The translations under genes and the position numbers were made by a program. 64,000 nt of DNA from an uncultured Caldisericota bacterium. Its GTDB lineage: Bacteria; Caldisericota; Caldisericia; UBA6126. How positions within the stretch are numbered: the first letter of the stretch is position 1; the number at the start of each line of letters is the position of its first letter. Positions 28,838-37,928 of this stretch are shown here, in pieces. The notes beneath the pieces were generated by a model that saw only the letters and a program-made list of their open reading frames with translations, did no database searches and was not told the DNA's origin. The stretch spans positions 143,922 through 207,921 of the forward strand of contig CAZBOU010000001.1 of NCBI GenBank assembly GCA_964493625.1, in the 5' to 3' direction.

Positions 28838-29416
28838 TCATTGTCGCGCTTTCAAAACTTCTTTCACAATTTCTTCTGCTGTGGAAGCAGTATTCCCTTG
28901 GAGTCGAAGTCGCTTTAAAATAGTCTTGCTTTCAATGGGTGTTAGGCCCATTTCCAACAACAGATCATGTGCTTCTTCATAACAAGAGGGTTCCTTTTCC
29001 ATGTCTTGCATCGGAATTTCATCTTTCCATTTTTCGCTCAAGTAGAGATGGATTTTTTTGGCTGTTGTAGCTCCAATACCAGGCGTTTTCGATAGAGCCT
29101 CTGGAACACCTTCAGAAATGGTTTGAAACAGATCCTGCAAGGAAAATGCAGACAAAATGCTAAGAGCCATTTTGGCACCCACTTTGGGAATCGATAGAAG
29201 AGTGATAAAAACTTTCTCGTGCGAAACAGTGGGAAAACCATATAGAGAAATGTTGTTCTCTCGCACTACCATGTGGGTATATAAGCGAACCGAATCGTCA
29301 ATAGTATATTCACTAGGCGTCGGAACAAATACTTGCAAACCAATGCCTTTAACAGCCTCTATTACAATAAATTGCTCCGAAGTACTAACAATGGTTCCTT
29401 CAAGTTGTTTGATCAT
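28838..29416 (-). CDS. ruvA: Holliday junction DNA helicase RuvA
   Basis: MIKQLEGTIV N-terminus, HhH motifs (LLSIPKVGAKMAL, LSKTPGIGATTAKKI), and adjacency with overlap to ruvC. Confidence 0.92.
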   Translation of the reverse strand: MIKQLEGTIVSTSEQFIVIEAVKGIGLQVFVPTPSEYTIDDSVRLYTHMVVRENNISLYGFPTVSHEKVFITLLSIPKVGAKMALSILSAFSLQDLFQTISEGVPEALSKTPGIGATTAKKIHLYLSEKWKDEIPMQDMEKEPSCYEEAHDLLLEMGLTPIESKTILKRLRLQGNTASTAEEIVKEVLKARQ

Positions 29417-29904
29417 AAAATATCACCCCAATCACAATTATAAGCATGACAAAGGCTAACCGCAACTGCATCGCAAGCATCATCCGAAGTAGGCAGCGTC
29501 ATATTCAAAAGGGATTCCGATACAAGCTTCACTTCCATTTTGGATGCTTGTCCATAATGGGTCAGTGTTTTTTTTATCTGAAGCGGTGTGTACTGAATAA
29601 ACTGTAAATCTTGTTGGGCAGAAAGGAGCATCAGAGAACCTCGAACTTCTTCTACAGCAAGGGCTGTTTTTACATTTTTGGAAAAAAACAAACGTTCCAT
29701 CGCCATCCAATCGGGATGATATGTAAAAATAAGCTGTTGGAAAAACTCATAAATCTTTTTGATGCGATGTTCAGGAGGGCCTTTTTTGGTAATAAAAACA
29801 CCCGCATCCAATAAGCGAAACGTGTCTTCTACGCATAGAAGACACGCATATCCTGTATTGGCTATACCAGGATCAACGCCTAGAATGATGGTGTTGTCTT
29901 TCAC
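29413..29904 (-). CDS. ruvC: Crossover junction endodeoxyribonuclease RuvC
   Basis: ILGVDPGIANTGYA N-terminal catalytic Asp motif, 163 aa, C-terminal DACDAVAVSLCH. Confidence 0.92.
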   Translation of the reverse strand: MKDNTIILGVDPGIANTGYACLLCVEDTFRLLDAGVFITKKGPPEHRIKKIYEFFQQLIFTYHPDWMAMERLFFSKNVKTALAVEEVRGSLMLLSAQQDLQFIQYTPLQIKKTLTHYGQASKMEVKLVSESLLNMTLPTSDDACDAVAVSLCHAYNCDWGDIL

Positions 29905-29910
29905 AAGAAA

Positions 29911-30666
29911 TTAACTATTTAAGAAAGTTTCAAATTCTTCATCCGCAATGTCGTAATTAGAGAATAGTTTGGTGACGTCATCGCTATCTTCCAATTCATT
30001 TAACAGGCGAAGCATTTTCTGTGCTTTATCACCAACCAATTTTACGTACGTATTGGGTACTTTGTCGAGTTCTGCATTCTCGATTTCAACCCCTTCTTTT
30101 TCAAGTATTTCTTTGGCAGCATATAGCGATTTAGGTTCTACTGTAAGGATCCATCCGTTCTCATCTTTCACGAAATCTTCTGCTTCGCATTTTGTTGCAA
30201 TTTCAAAAACTTCATCTTCAGAGAGATCAGAATCTTTCAGAGTAATGTTTCCTACTGTTTTGAACATCCAGGAAACGCAGCCCTGTTCTCCCATACTTCC
30301 CCCAAATTTGCTGAAAATTTTCCGAATTTCAGCAGAGGTACGATTCTTGTTATCGGTCGCTACTTCAACTAAGATGGCTGTTCCCTCAGGACCATATCCT
30401 TCATACACGAGTTCAAGGATTTCAAACCCATCTTTTAGTTCTCCAGTACCTCGCTTCACAGCTCTATCGATATTGTTGTTTGGCATACCGCCAGCTTTTG
30501 CTTTTTCAATAGCACTTCGAAGGCGTGGGTTGGAATCTATATTCCCCCCTCCTTCTCGAGCAGCTATTGTTAATTCTTTGCCTAATTTTGTAAACAGTTT
30601 TCCTCTTTTTGCATCTTCAGCTTGTTTTTTACCTTTAATATTGTGCCATTTAGAGTGTCCGGACAT
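29911..30666 (-). CDS. yebC: YebC/PmpR-family transcriptional regulator
   Basis: MSGHSKWHNIKGKKQAEDAKRGK signature N-terminus; 251 aa. Confidence 0.95.
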   Translation of the reverse strand: MSGHSKWHNIKGKKQAEDAKRGKLFTKLGKELTIAAREGGGNIDSNPRLRSAIEKAKAGGMPNNNIDRAVKRGTGELKDGFEILELVYEGYGPEGTAILVEVATDNKNRTSAEIRKIFSKFGGSMGEQGCVSWMFKTVGNITLKDSDLSEDEVFEIATKCEAEDFVKDENGWILTVEPKSLYAAKEILEKEGVEIENAELDKVPNTYVKLVGDKAQKMLRLLNELEDSDDVTKLFSNYDIADEEFETFLNS

Positions 30667-30677
30667 ACTACTTCCTC

Positions 30678-31244
30678 CTAGGTTATAGATTGAATAAACA
30701 TGGAATGAATACGATCATCATTGCCAATTTCTGGATGAAACGTCAGACCAAATATATTTTTTTGTCGTATAAAGATAGGATTGCTTTTGCTATCTTGAGA
30801 CAAAACAGAAATGTTTGTTTCTAATGAGCGGACAATGGGGGCTCGTATGAAAACCGCTCGAAATGCCTTCGTAAAGCCTTCAATGGTTACCTCCTCTACA
30901 AAACTATAATAGTGTGGACCATAGCCATTTCTAGAAACAACAATGTCTAAAAGGCGCATGGTCTCTTGCTCTGTATTATCTATTGCTTGGGAAAGTAAAA
31001 CCACTCCTGCGCAAGTAGCGAAGGTAGGTAAACCTTCCTGAATCTTTATTCGAAGAGGGTCCCATAGACGATTAAAGTGGAGCAATCGAAGCATATGCGT
31101 GCTTTCTCCACCAGGTAGAACAATCCCGTCAATATCCTCTAAATCTTGCGGTGTTTTCACACGTACAGTTGAAACAGAAAGTTTTCTAAATACACACTCA
31201 TGTTCTTCAATAGAACCCTGGAATCCCAGGATACCAATTTTCAC
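30678..31244 (-). CDS. pdxT: Pyridoxal 5'-phosphate synthase glutaminase subunit
   Basis: KIGILGFQG..H and ATCAGVVLL (catalytic Cys context), immediately downstream of pdxS. Confidence 0.93.
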   Translation of the reverse strand: MKIGILGFQGSIEEHECVFRKLSVSTVRVKTPQDLEDIDGIVLPGGESTHMLRLLHFNRLWDPLRIKIQEGLPTFATCAGVVLLSQAIDNTEQETMRLLDIVVSRNGYGPHYYSFVEEVTIEGFTKAFRAVFIRAPIVRSLETNISVLSQDSKSNPIFIRQKNIFGLTFHPEIGNDDRIHSMFIQSIT

Positions 31245-31247
31245 TAA

Positions 31248-32129
31248 TTATATACCTCTATCAGAAAGTCTATCTTTATCTGCGATAAGATGAATGTCCA
31301 AGCCTTTCATGGCATCCCCAAGACCCATAGAGACCTTGGCAATAATACCCGGTTCTGTCCAATGGGCGACGGCTTCAACAATTGCTTTTGCCATGACAGA
31401 GGGGTTCTGGGATTTAAAAATGCCAGATCCTACGAATACTCCGTCTGCACCTAGATGCATCATGAGAGCAGCATCAGAAGGGGTTGCAACACCACCAGCG
31501 GCAAAATTAACGACAGGTAACTTTCCATTGTCTTTCACTTCTCGTAGCAAACTAGCAGGAACTTGCCACTCTTTTGCGGCCGTGTATAGTTCGTCATCTG
31601 CCATTGATACAATTTGACGAATCTGAGCTTGTACTTTTCGCATGTGTCGAACAGCTTCAACAACATTTCCCGTACCAGCCTCTCCCTTGGTTCGAATCAT
31701 AGAGGCACCTTCGGATACTCTTCGAAGAGCTTCCCCAATGTCTCTACAACCACATACGAAGGGAATTTGAAAAGTTGTTTTGTCAATATGGTTTTCTTCA
31801 TCAGCGGGAGTTAACACTTCACTTTCGTCGATATAATCAACGTGAAGAGATTCCAATACTCGAGCTTCTATGATGTGACCAATGCGACATTTTGCCATCA
31901 CTGGTATCGTTACTGCTTCTTGTATTTCTTTTACTTTTAAGGGATCGCACATTCGAGCTACACCGCCAGATTTTCGAATGTCTGATGGTACGCGTTCTAG
32001 AGCCATCACGGCAACAGCACCTGCTTCTTGTGCTATGGCTGCCTGCTGAGCAGTAGTAACATCCATAATTACCCCGCCTTTTAACATTTGGGCAAGCCCT
32101 CGATTTGTAATAACTCTGTCTTTATCCAT
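31248..32129 (-). CDS. pdxS: Pyridoxal 5'-phosphate synthase lyase subunit
   Basis: [24 protein letters not shown] and [20 protein letters not shown] are highly conserved PdxS motifs. Confidence 0.97.
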   Translation of the reverse strand: MDKDRVITNRGLAQMLKGGVIMDVTTAQQAAIAQEAGAVAVMALERVPSDIRKSGGVARMCDPLKVKEIQEAVTIPVMAKCRIGHIIEARVLESLHVDYIDESEVLTPADEENHIDKTTFQIPFVCGCRDIGEALRRVSEGASMIRTKGEAGTGNVVEAVRHMRKVQAQIRQIVSMADDELYTAAKEWQVPASLLREVKDNGKLPVVNFAAGGVATPSDAALMMHLGADGVFVGSGIFKSQNPSVMAKAIVEAVAHWTEPGIIAKVSMGLGDAMKGLDIHLIADKDRLSDRGI

Positions 32130-32161
32130 GCACGTACACTCCTAAATGGATTTTTATAAAT

Positions 32162-32190
32162 AGTATAACACCAAAATAGAATAGTATTAA
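32162..32190 (-). promoter_or_regulatory. Candidate extended -10 promoter for pdxST
   Basis: The minus strand reads TTAATA, 17 nt, TATACT, with TG upstream (TGtTATACT). The -10 element lies ~33 nt upstream of the pdxS ATG. Confidence 0.35.
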
Positions 32191-32235
32191 AAATTTTAAC
32201 AAAAGCGCAATATCTTGATTCATTTCCTTGCCATT

Positions 32236-33708
32236 TTAATTCTTCTTGATCCATTCTTCTGCTTCTTGTTTCGATGTTATATTTCCCACGCCTTGTTCTT
32301 CTAGAATTTTTTTCTGTAGATCGCCTACTTGTTTCCCTGGCGATAGACCTGTAATAGCCATAATTGCATGCCCATCCAAAAGAGGTGTTTGCTGATAAAT
32401 CCCGGGGGTGAAGATATATTGTAACATATTCTTGATAAAATCTTCATATTGAGGAAGCTCTTGCAAGGGAACCATACGGGTTGCATAGGCATCTGCTAAC
32501 GCAATAAGAAGGATGGGGATAGAGTTTGGCGAGGTGTCTCGGAAAAAACGATATTGAGCTCGCTTTGATAAATTTTCTACAGAGGATAAATTGTGAGGAC
32601 GCATATGCCATTGAATGCAATCGGCTATAAAACGAACTTCTTTGCTCGAAAAATGCATTGAATGAAGATATTCCTTGGCCGCTTTTACGCCTACATTTTC
32701 ATGTTCGAAAAACCGTAGACGATCTTTCATCAATCGAAGAGTATCTGGCTTGCCAATATCATGAAGAAGAATCGCAATTTTCATAGAAACTTCTACTGTA
32801 CAGTCTCCAGCAAGAGGGGTTTTTAAAATGGACTGCAACTCTCTTGCATACGGAAAATCTCCTTGATGAATACGCTGAAAAATACCTTCCAGATAATACA
32901 ATCCAGCCTTTACATGATCTTTAAGCTGCAACCAGGATGTATAACACTGGTCCACTTCCACAAACCACTCAAAAAAAGGAAAGATTTGTGAAAAAATTCC
33001 TGCTTCTTCCATGGCAAAAATATAGTGGTGGCTTTTCTCATGGGATGCTATTTTTATAAATTCTTCTCGGATTCTCTCTTGAGCACATTGATGCAAATCT
33101 TGTTTCGAATCTATCATCAGCTGGTATGTGGCAGGATCAATGGTTCCTTCAATTTGAGAAGCAATGCGGTATGCTCTCAATATCCGTAGCGGATCTTCTT
33201 GAAAAGTGGCTGGGTTGTGAGCACGAATGTTTTTATGGATCAAATCGGAATACCCTTGAAACAAGTCAATGACAGGTATTTGTGCTGCATTCAAAGGAGC
33301 ATAGTGTAGAAATTCCGACAAGGGCACGTACAACGAGTTCATAGAAAAATCTCTTTGAAAGATATCGTCAATGATTTCTTTTCCCCTCATGCCATTGATA
33401 TCACATTGTAGAGCCCCTGTATGAATCCGGTAGATCGATCGTTCTTCATCCAACGGGAAAAAATGACTGTCAAATAGGTCAGACAAATACTGTGTTGCCA
33501 TTTTTGTTTTTTCGAAAGGCTGAATAATAAAGTCTAGATCAATTTGAGGTTTGGATACAAAAAGAGCAGCATCCCGCAAGCACCCTCCTACAAGATGTGG
33601 TTCTATGTTGGCATTGGTGCAACGCTCAAGCCATTTTTGAAGGCATTCAAGGCCATGCATGCTGGACAAAGCAGCGGTTAATTGTGTACAATTGATGGTT
33701 GTTTTCAT
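32236..33708 (-). CDS. CCA-adding enzyme / poly(A) polymerase-family nucleotidyltransferase with C-terminal HD domain
   Basis: GGCLRD nucleotidyltransferase motif, RAYRIASQ, and HD motif LLHDIGKP. The start is set at ATG 33708, which forms an ATGA overlap with the upstream radical-SAM stop and has GGAG 7 nt upstream. Confidence 0.8.
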   Translation of the reverse strand: MKTTINCTQLTAALSSMHGLECLQKWLERCTNANIEPHLVGGCLRDAALFVSKPQIDLDFIIQPFEKTKMATQYLSDLFDSHFFPLDEERSIYRIHTGALQCDINGMRGKEIIDDIFQRDFSMNSLYVPLSEFLHYAPLNAAQIPVIDLFQGYSDLIHKNIRAHNPATFQEDPLRILRAYRIASQIEGTIDPATYQLMIDSKQDLHQCAQERIREEFIKIASHEKSHHYIFAMEEAGIFSQIFPFFEWFVEVDQCYTSWLQLKDHVKAGLYYLEGIFQRIHQGDFPYARELQSILKTPLAGDCTVEVSMKIAILLHDIGKPDTLRLMKDRLRFFEHENVGVKAAKEYLHSMHFSSKEVRFIADCIQWHMRPHNLSSVENLSKRAQYRFFRDTSPNSIPILLIALADAYATRMVPLQELPQYEDFIKNMLQYIFTPGIYQQTPLLDGHAIMAITGLSPGKQVGDLQKKILEEQGVGNITSKQEAEEWIKKN

Positions 33709-34619
33709 TCCAACTCCTGTATCCATCCATTTGAAAAACCAAGTGAATCAAGACTTGTTCGAACGCGACTCCATTCTTCTATAGAAATAGTTCGGTCCAA
33801 GGGAGGGTTTTCAAACGATTTCCATGTAGGGAAGTATTGGCTCATAAGACTAATCAAAGTCTCATTTCCCAGGATTGTATGGATGGTATGCAACAGATCA
33901 ATACATTCATCAGCAAGCCCGGGCAATACAAGCAAGCGAATGATAAGGCCTTTTTGAAGCAGATCATTCTCCCAACAATCGTGAGGTTGAATCTCTCTGG
34001 CCATGTGTAGTATCTGTTGATTGATTGAGGTGTACTGGGTTGCACAGGAGTATCGAGACGCTGTATCATCTTTACTGTAACGTGCATCCAATAAAAAAAT
34101 ATCACAAAAATAGCGGGATTGCTCGAAAATGAAAGGACTTTCCCATCCACTAGAATTCCATACAACGGGCAAGCGAAGACCTTTTTCTCGTGCGATCAAA
34201 AGGGCTTCAAAAGCTTGCGGAAGGAATTGTGTGGGACTTACCCAATTGAGGTTGTGACATCCTTGTTGTTGAAGCCACAAATAGATAGAGGCTAATTCGT
34301 TGGGGGTATAGTATTTCCCATTGTGTTCTTGTGAAAAAGGGAAATTTTGACAATAACAACACCGTAGCGTGCAATGAGCAAAAAACACTGTGCCAGAACC
34401 TTTTGTACCCGAAATAGGAGGTTCTTCTCCTGTATGAACCATGTAGTTGCCAAGCTTACACTGCAACCCTGCTTGGCAGAAACCTTTTTCACCTTTGTTC
34501 CGATTTACATTGCAACTGCGGGGGCATAACTGGCAATGTTGAAGCTGTTCTGTAAGGGTTTGTTGAATGTGTTGTAATTCCTGGAGAGTATAGGAGAGAT
34601 AATTAGGCAGGTTTTTCAA
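33705..34619 (-). CDS. Radical SAM protein, PflX-like (COG1313 type)
   Basis: CQLCPRSCNVNR N-terminal Cys cluster, HTGEEPPISGTKGSGTVFF, and radical-SAM CTLRCCYCQN (CxxxCxxC). Confidence 0.8.
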   Translation of the reverse strand: MKNLPNYLSYTLQELQHIQQTLTEQLQHCQLCPRSCNVNRNKGEKGFCQAGLQCKLGNYMVHTGEEPPISGTKGSGTVFFAHCTLRCCYCQNFPFSQEHNGKYYTPNELASIYLWLQQQGCHNLNWVSPTQFLPQAFEALLIAREKGLRLPVVWNSSGWESPFIFEQSRYFCDIFLLDARYSKDDTASRYSCATQYTSINQQILHMAREIQPHDCWENDLLQKGLIIRLLVLPGLADECIDLLHTIHTILGNETLISLMSQYFPTWKSFENPPLDRTISIEEWSRVRTSLDSLGFSNGWIQELE

Positions 34620-35220
34620 GAGAATCGGCTACACTTCTAAACAAGGATGAAAGCGTTTCTACAGAGTTGGTTTGCATTTGTTTTGCTTCGCGAACTAGTT
34701 TTTTTGAAAATTCTTCATCTTTAATAGAGTTTGCATTGATGATTACATTGAGGTAGGCACTGTTAATGGCAGAGGAAAGGAGAGTACTTGCTGCACCAAG
34801 ATCACTGATCATGCTTTCTTTCACATCGTCTTTTAGCATCACCATGTACTTTGTACCAATGCTACAGGCTTGTAATGTTTGAAAAGGCACGTCTGCAGCT
34901 TTTTTTAATGCGTCCTGCATGGCTTCTTTTCGCACTTTCTTTTCTTCTGGAGTTGTTTTTGGCATTTTCATTGCTTTCATAAATGCATTAAAAGATTCAG
35001 CATCTTCATCAATAAGGGAAATCAATTTGTTTTTTTCTTCTTTTAAAGCATCCAAAATGGACTGTAATTTGTCTTGATCTTCTGCATAATTACCAACCAT
35101 TAATACAAGGCTTAAACCTAATGCACCAGAAGCTGCAGCAGCAGAACCACCACCGGGTGTTGGGTTTTTGGAAGCTAGCTCTTTGCAAAATTCATGAATA
35201 GAAAGATCTTTTAGATTCAT
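34603..35220 (-). CDS. Cyclodeaminase/cyclohydrolase family protein (FTCD C-terminal-like)
   Basis: FCKELASKNPTPGGGSAAAASGALGLSL motif. The start is set at ATG 35220 (GGAG 6 nt upstream) rather than the track's 35265. 17-nt overlap with the radical-SAM gene. Confidence 0.8.
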   Translation of the reverse strand: MNLKDLSIHEFCKELASKNPTPGGGSAAAASGALGLSLVLMVGNYAEDQDKLQSILDALKEEKNKLISLIDEDAESFNAFMKAMKMPKTTPEEKKVRKEAMQDALKKAADVPFQTLQACSIGTKYMVMLKDDVKESMISDLGAASTLLSSAINSAYLNVIINANSIKDEEFSKKLVREAKQMQTNSVETLSSLFRSVADSLEKPA

Positions 35221-35294
35221 CGTTAACTCCAATTTATTTGGTATACTCTTCATGGAACGTTTCATTTATTATAACGAAAGAAGAGAACAATAAA

Positions 35295-36596
35295 ATGGTA
35301 AAGATATTTTTGATCGGACGATACTCCGTTGGTAAATCATCGTTGTTTAATAGTATTACGAAGCAGAGAAACATTGTGCTAGAAGAAAAAGCTACAACTC
35401 GAGATATCATTCGATACGAAATGGAATGGGGTCAAAAGAGTATACGGGTAGCCGATTCAGCAGGCCTAGAAGAAGTTTCTTCTCTGCGAGAATTAGACGA
35501 GCAACAGAAGTTAATGGTAGAGGAAATGCAAAAATCGGATGTTATTCTGATGGTTGTGGATGGTGCGCATGGCGTTCACCCTCAAGACGAACAACTTGTG
35601 TCATTTCTTCGTAAAATTGGACTGTTTGAAAGAACACTTCTGGTTGTGAATAAAGCGGATAAAAAAAGACAATTTGATGAAAATGATTTTTATCGACTGG
35701 GTTTTCAGGACATCTATCCTGTCTCTGCGGTATCCAATTATGGAGTTTACGAGCTTCTAGATGCTTGTGTTGAGAAAGCTCAAGAATCTCCTGTTCCTGA
35801 AGAAGAACCGGAAGAATTTCCTGCCATTGCTCTGCTAGGTAAACCAAATGTAGGAAAATCGACACTTTTTAATAGAGTATTGGGTCAAATACGATCGTAT
35901 GTTCAAGATCAAGAATTTACAACGCGCGATCCCATACAAGAACGAACCATTTATAAAGGGCAGGAGTATAAGTTTATTGATACGGCAGGAATCCGATCGA
36001 AGTGGATGCACGAATTTGGACCTATTTATTTGAGCATGAAACGCGCCGAAGGCATTGTAAAAACAGCCGATATTGCCTTGCTGATGTTGGATGGAACCGA
36101 AGCGATCAGCAGAGAAGATCAAAAAATAGCACAAACCATCCAATCCAATGGAAAAGCCTGTGTTATTTTGGTCAACAAAAAAGACCAGATACACGATCCT
36201 CATGAAGTATTGTGGAATATTCGAACGCGCCTTCGTTTTTTGGCCTACTCTCCCGTCGTTTTTATTTCTGCTAAAAGCGGGGTAGGAATGGACGAGATGT
36301 TTGCCATGATTCAAAAAACATATACTTCCTATACGACGCGGCTAACCACACACGAAGTAAACAAAATGATTCGCAGGATTATTGTAGACCACCCTATTCA
36401 AATGGGAGAACGAAAAATCCTATACGTGACTCAATATGCTTCTAGGCCACCACGGTTTGTGTTTTTTGTGAATCGACCCAAAATGTTTACACAACCCTAC
36501 ATCAATTTTTTCAAAAACAAAATCATTGACACCATGAAACTTACAGGAACACCCGTCGTGGTTAGGATACGAAACCGAAAAGGTGAAAATGAATGA
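35295..36596 (+). CDS. der: Ribosome-associated GTPase Der (EngA)
   Basis: Two tandem GTPase domains (GRYSVGKSSLFN..NKAD and GKPNVGKSTLFN..NKKD) plus a KH-like C-terminus. The start is set at ATG 35295 (MVKIFLIGR). Confidence 0.93.
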   Translation: MVKIFLIGRYSVGKSSLFNSITKQRNIVLEEKATTRDIIRYEMEWGQKSIRVADSAGLEEVSSLRELDEQQKLMVEEMQKSDVILMVVDGAHGVHPQDEQLVSFLRKIGLFERTLLVVNKADKKRQFDENDFYRLGFQDIYPVSAVSNYGVYELLDACVEKAQESPVPEEEPEEFPAIALLGKPNVGKSTLFNRVLGQIRSYVQDQEFTTRDPIQERTIYKGQEYKFIDTAGIRSKWMHEFGPIYLSMKRAEGIVKTADIALLMLDGTEAISREDQKIAQTIQSNGKACVILVNKKDQIHDPHEVLWNIRTRLRFLAYSPVVFISAKSGVGMDEMFAMIQKTYTSYTTRLTTHEVNKMIRRIIVDHPIQMGERKILYVTQYASRPPRFVFFVNRPKMFTQPYINFFKNKIIDTMKLTGTPVVVRIRNRKGENE

Positions 36597-37597
36597 AGCC
36601 CTCCTCTATTTCTGTTTTAGGGGCCGGTGCATGGGGTACTACTATGGGCCGGTTGTTAGCCAAAAAGCAGAGCTCCATCACTTTATGGTCCTTCGAAGAA
36701 GCAGTTGAAAAGGATATCCATCAGTGTCATGAAAATACAAGGTATCTCCCAGGGGTTCCGTTACCCCTACATATGGATTGCACCACATCGATCGAAAAGG
36801 CTGTAAAAAATAAAGACTTACTACTCATTGCCCAGCCATCGAAACATATTCCTGCCCTTGTTTCTCAGATAAGACCTTTTCTTTCCCCTCACACCTGTAT
36901 CACAATCCTTACCAAAGGGTTGATTCAAGGCGAGAAAGTACAGCTACTCTCTGATTATTTTGTTTCCCAAACATCGCTACCTTGCGAACAGATGTTTGTT
37001 CTTTCGGGGCCAAATTTTGCAGTCGAAATTGCTCAGGATCTCCCTGCTTGCACTACTTTGGCAGGGGTTGATCAGGCACGGTTGGAAGAATTGCAAGAAC
37101 TCTTTTCTCAACCTCAGTTTCGTGTGTATGCAAATACCGATATGATTGGAGTTCAACTAGGCGGACCCATGAAAAATGTCATTGCGGTTGTGGCTGGCAT
37201 TCTTGCGGGTATGAATATTGGGCAAAATATCCATGCAGCCCTTCTTATTCGGGGAACGCAAGAAATGAAAAGACTTCTGAGTGCTGTTGGAGCAAGAGAT
37301 GATACTATCTATGGGTTGGCGTGTTTGGGCGATTTGATATTGACAAGTTCCTCCCCAAAGAGTCGAAACTACTGGGCAGGCCTTCAATTAGCCAAAGGAA
37401 TGTCACCTGCATACCTTCTTGGTGAGTCTGGAAAAACCATTGAGGGAATTGACAATTTGGAGGCTCTTATTGCACTGGCAAAAACAAATCATGTAGAAAT
37501 GCCCATATCGATGATGTTACAACGCGTTCTTTTCCAGGGGAAAAACCCACAGGAAGGCATATACGAGTTAATGAATCGACAGTTGAAATACGAGTGA
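36593..37597 (+). CDS. gpsA: NAD(P)H-dependent glycerol-3-phosphate dehydrogenase
   Basis: ISVLGAGAWGTT Rossmann motif, GPNFAVEIA, NVIAVVAGI, and an ATGA overlap with der. Confidence 0.93.
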   Translation: MKPSSISVLGAGAWGTTMGRLLAKKQSSITLWSFEEAVEKDIHQCHENTRYLPGVPLPLHMDCTTSIEKAVKNKDLLLIAQPSKHIPALVSQIRPFLSPHTCITILTKGLIQGEKVQLLSDYFVSQTSLPCEQMFVLSGPNFAVEIAQDLPACTTLAGVDQARLEELQELFSQPQFRVYANTDMIGVQLGGPMKNVIAVVAGILAGMNIGQNIHAALLIRGTQEMKRLLSAVGARDDTIYGLACLGDLILTSSSPKSRNYWAGLQLAKGMSPAYLLGESGKTIEGIDNLEALIALAKTNHVEMPISMMLQRVLFQGKNPQEGIYELMNRQLKYE

Positions 37598-37600
37598 TAT

Positions 37601-37627
37601 TTGCTTTTTTAACGTTTTGGATATAAT
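37601..37627 (+). promoter_or_regulatory. Candidate promoter for the tRNA-Pro pair
   Basis: Perfect TATAAT at 37622-37627, ~29 nt before the first tRNA. The -35-like TTGCTT sits at a suboptimal 15-nt spacing. Confidence 0.35.
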
Positions 37628-37655
37628 GAAATACGTATTTTTCAACAACCAACTT

Positions 37656-37733
37656 CGGAGCGTGGCGCAGTTTGGCTAGCGCACCAGCATGGGGTGCTGG
37701 GGGTCGGAAGTTCGAATCTTCTCGCTCCGACCA
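37656..37733 (+). tRNA. tRNA-Pro (GGG), CCA encoded
   Basis: Hand fold: CGGAGCG-TG-GCGC-AGTTTGGCTA-GCGC-A-CCAGC-ATGGGGT-GCTGG-GGGTC-GGAAG-TTCGAAT-CTTCT-CGCTCCG-A-CCA. Confidence 0.9.
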
Positions 37734-37753
37734 TCTTTCTTCCATTACTTTTT

Positions 37754-37827
37754 CGGGGAGTGGCTCAGCTTGGTAGAGCGCTTGGTTCGGGATCAAGAGG
37801 TCGGAAGTTCAAATCTTCTCTCCCCGA
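37754..37827 (+). tRNA. tRNA-Pro (CGG), no encoded CCA
   Basis: Hand fold: CGGGGAG-TG-GCTC-AGCTTGGTA-GAGC-G-CTTGG-TTCGGGA-TCAAG-AGGTC-GGAAG-TTCAAAT-CTTCT-CTCCCCG-A. Confidence 0.9.
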
Positions 37828-37928
37828 TATCTTCTCCGAGTTTTCCTTTTGCAACCACTGATTTTTTTGCATTTTCGTCTATACTATTCCATAGTGAATT
37901 TTGTCTCTATGACTGAAAGGAGATTGGC

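Noticed and set aside
29969-30688. 239-aa ORF on the plus strand covering almost all of yebC
   Set aside because: It is antisense to a strongly conserved YebC reading frame. Its Ser/Phe/Leu-rich, low-complexity translation is typical of a shadow ORF, and it has no RBS.
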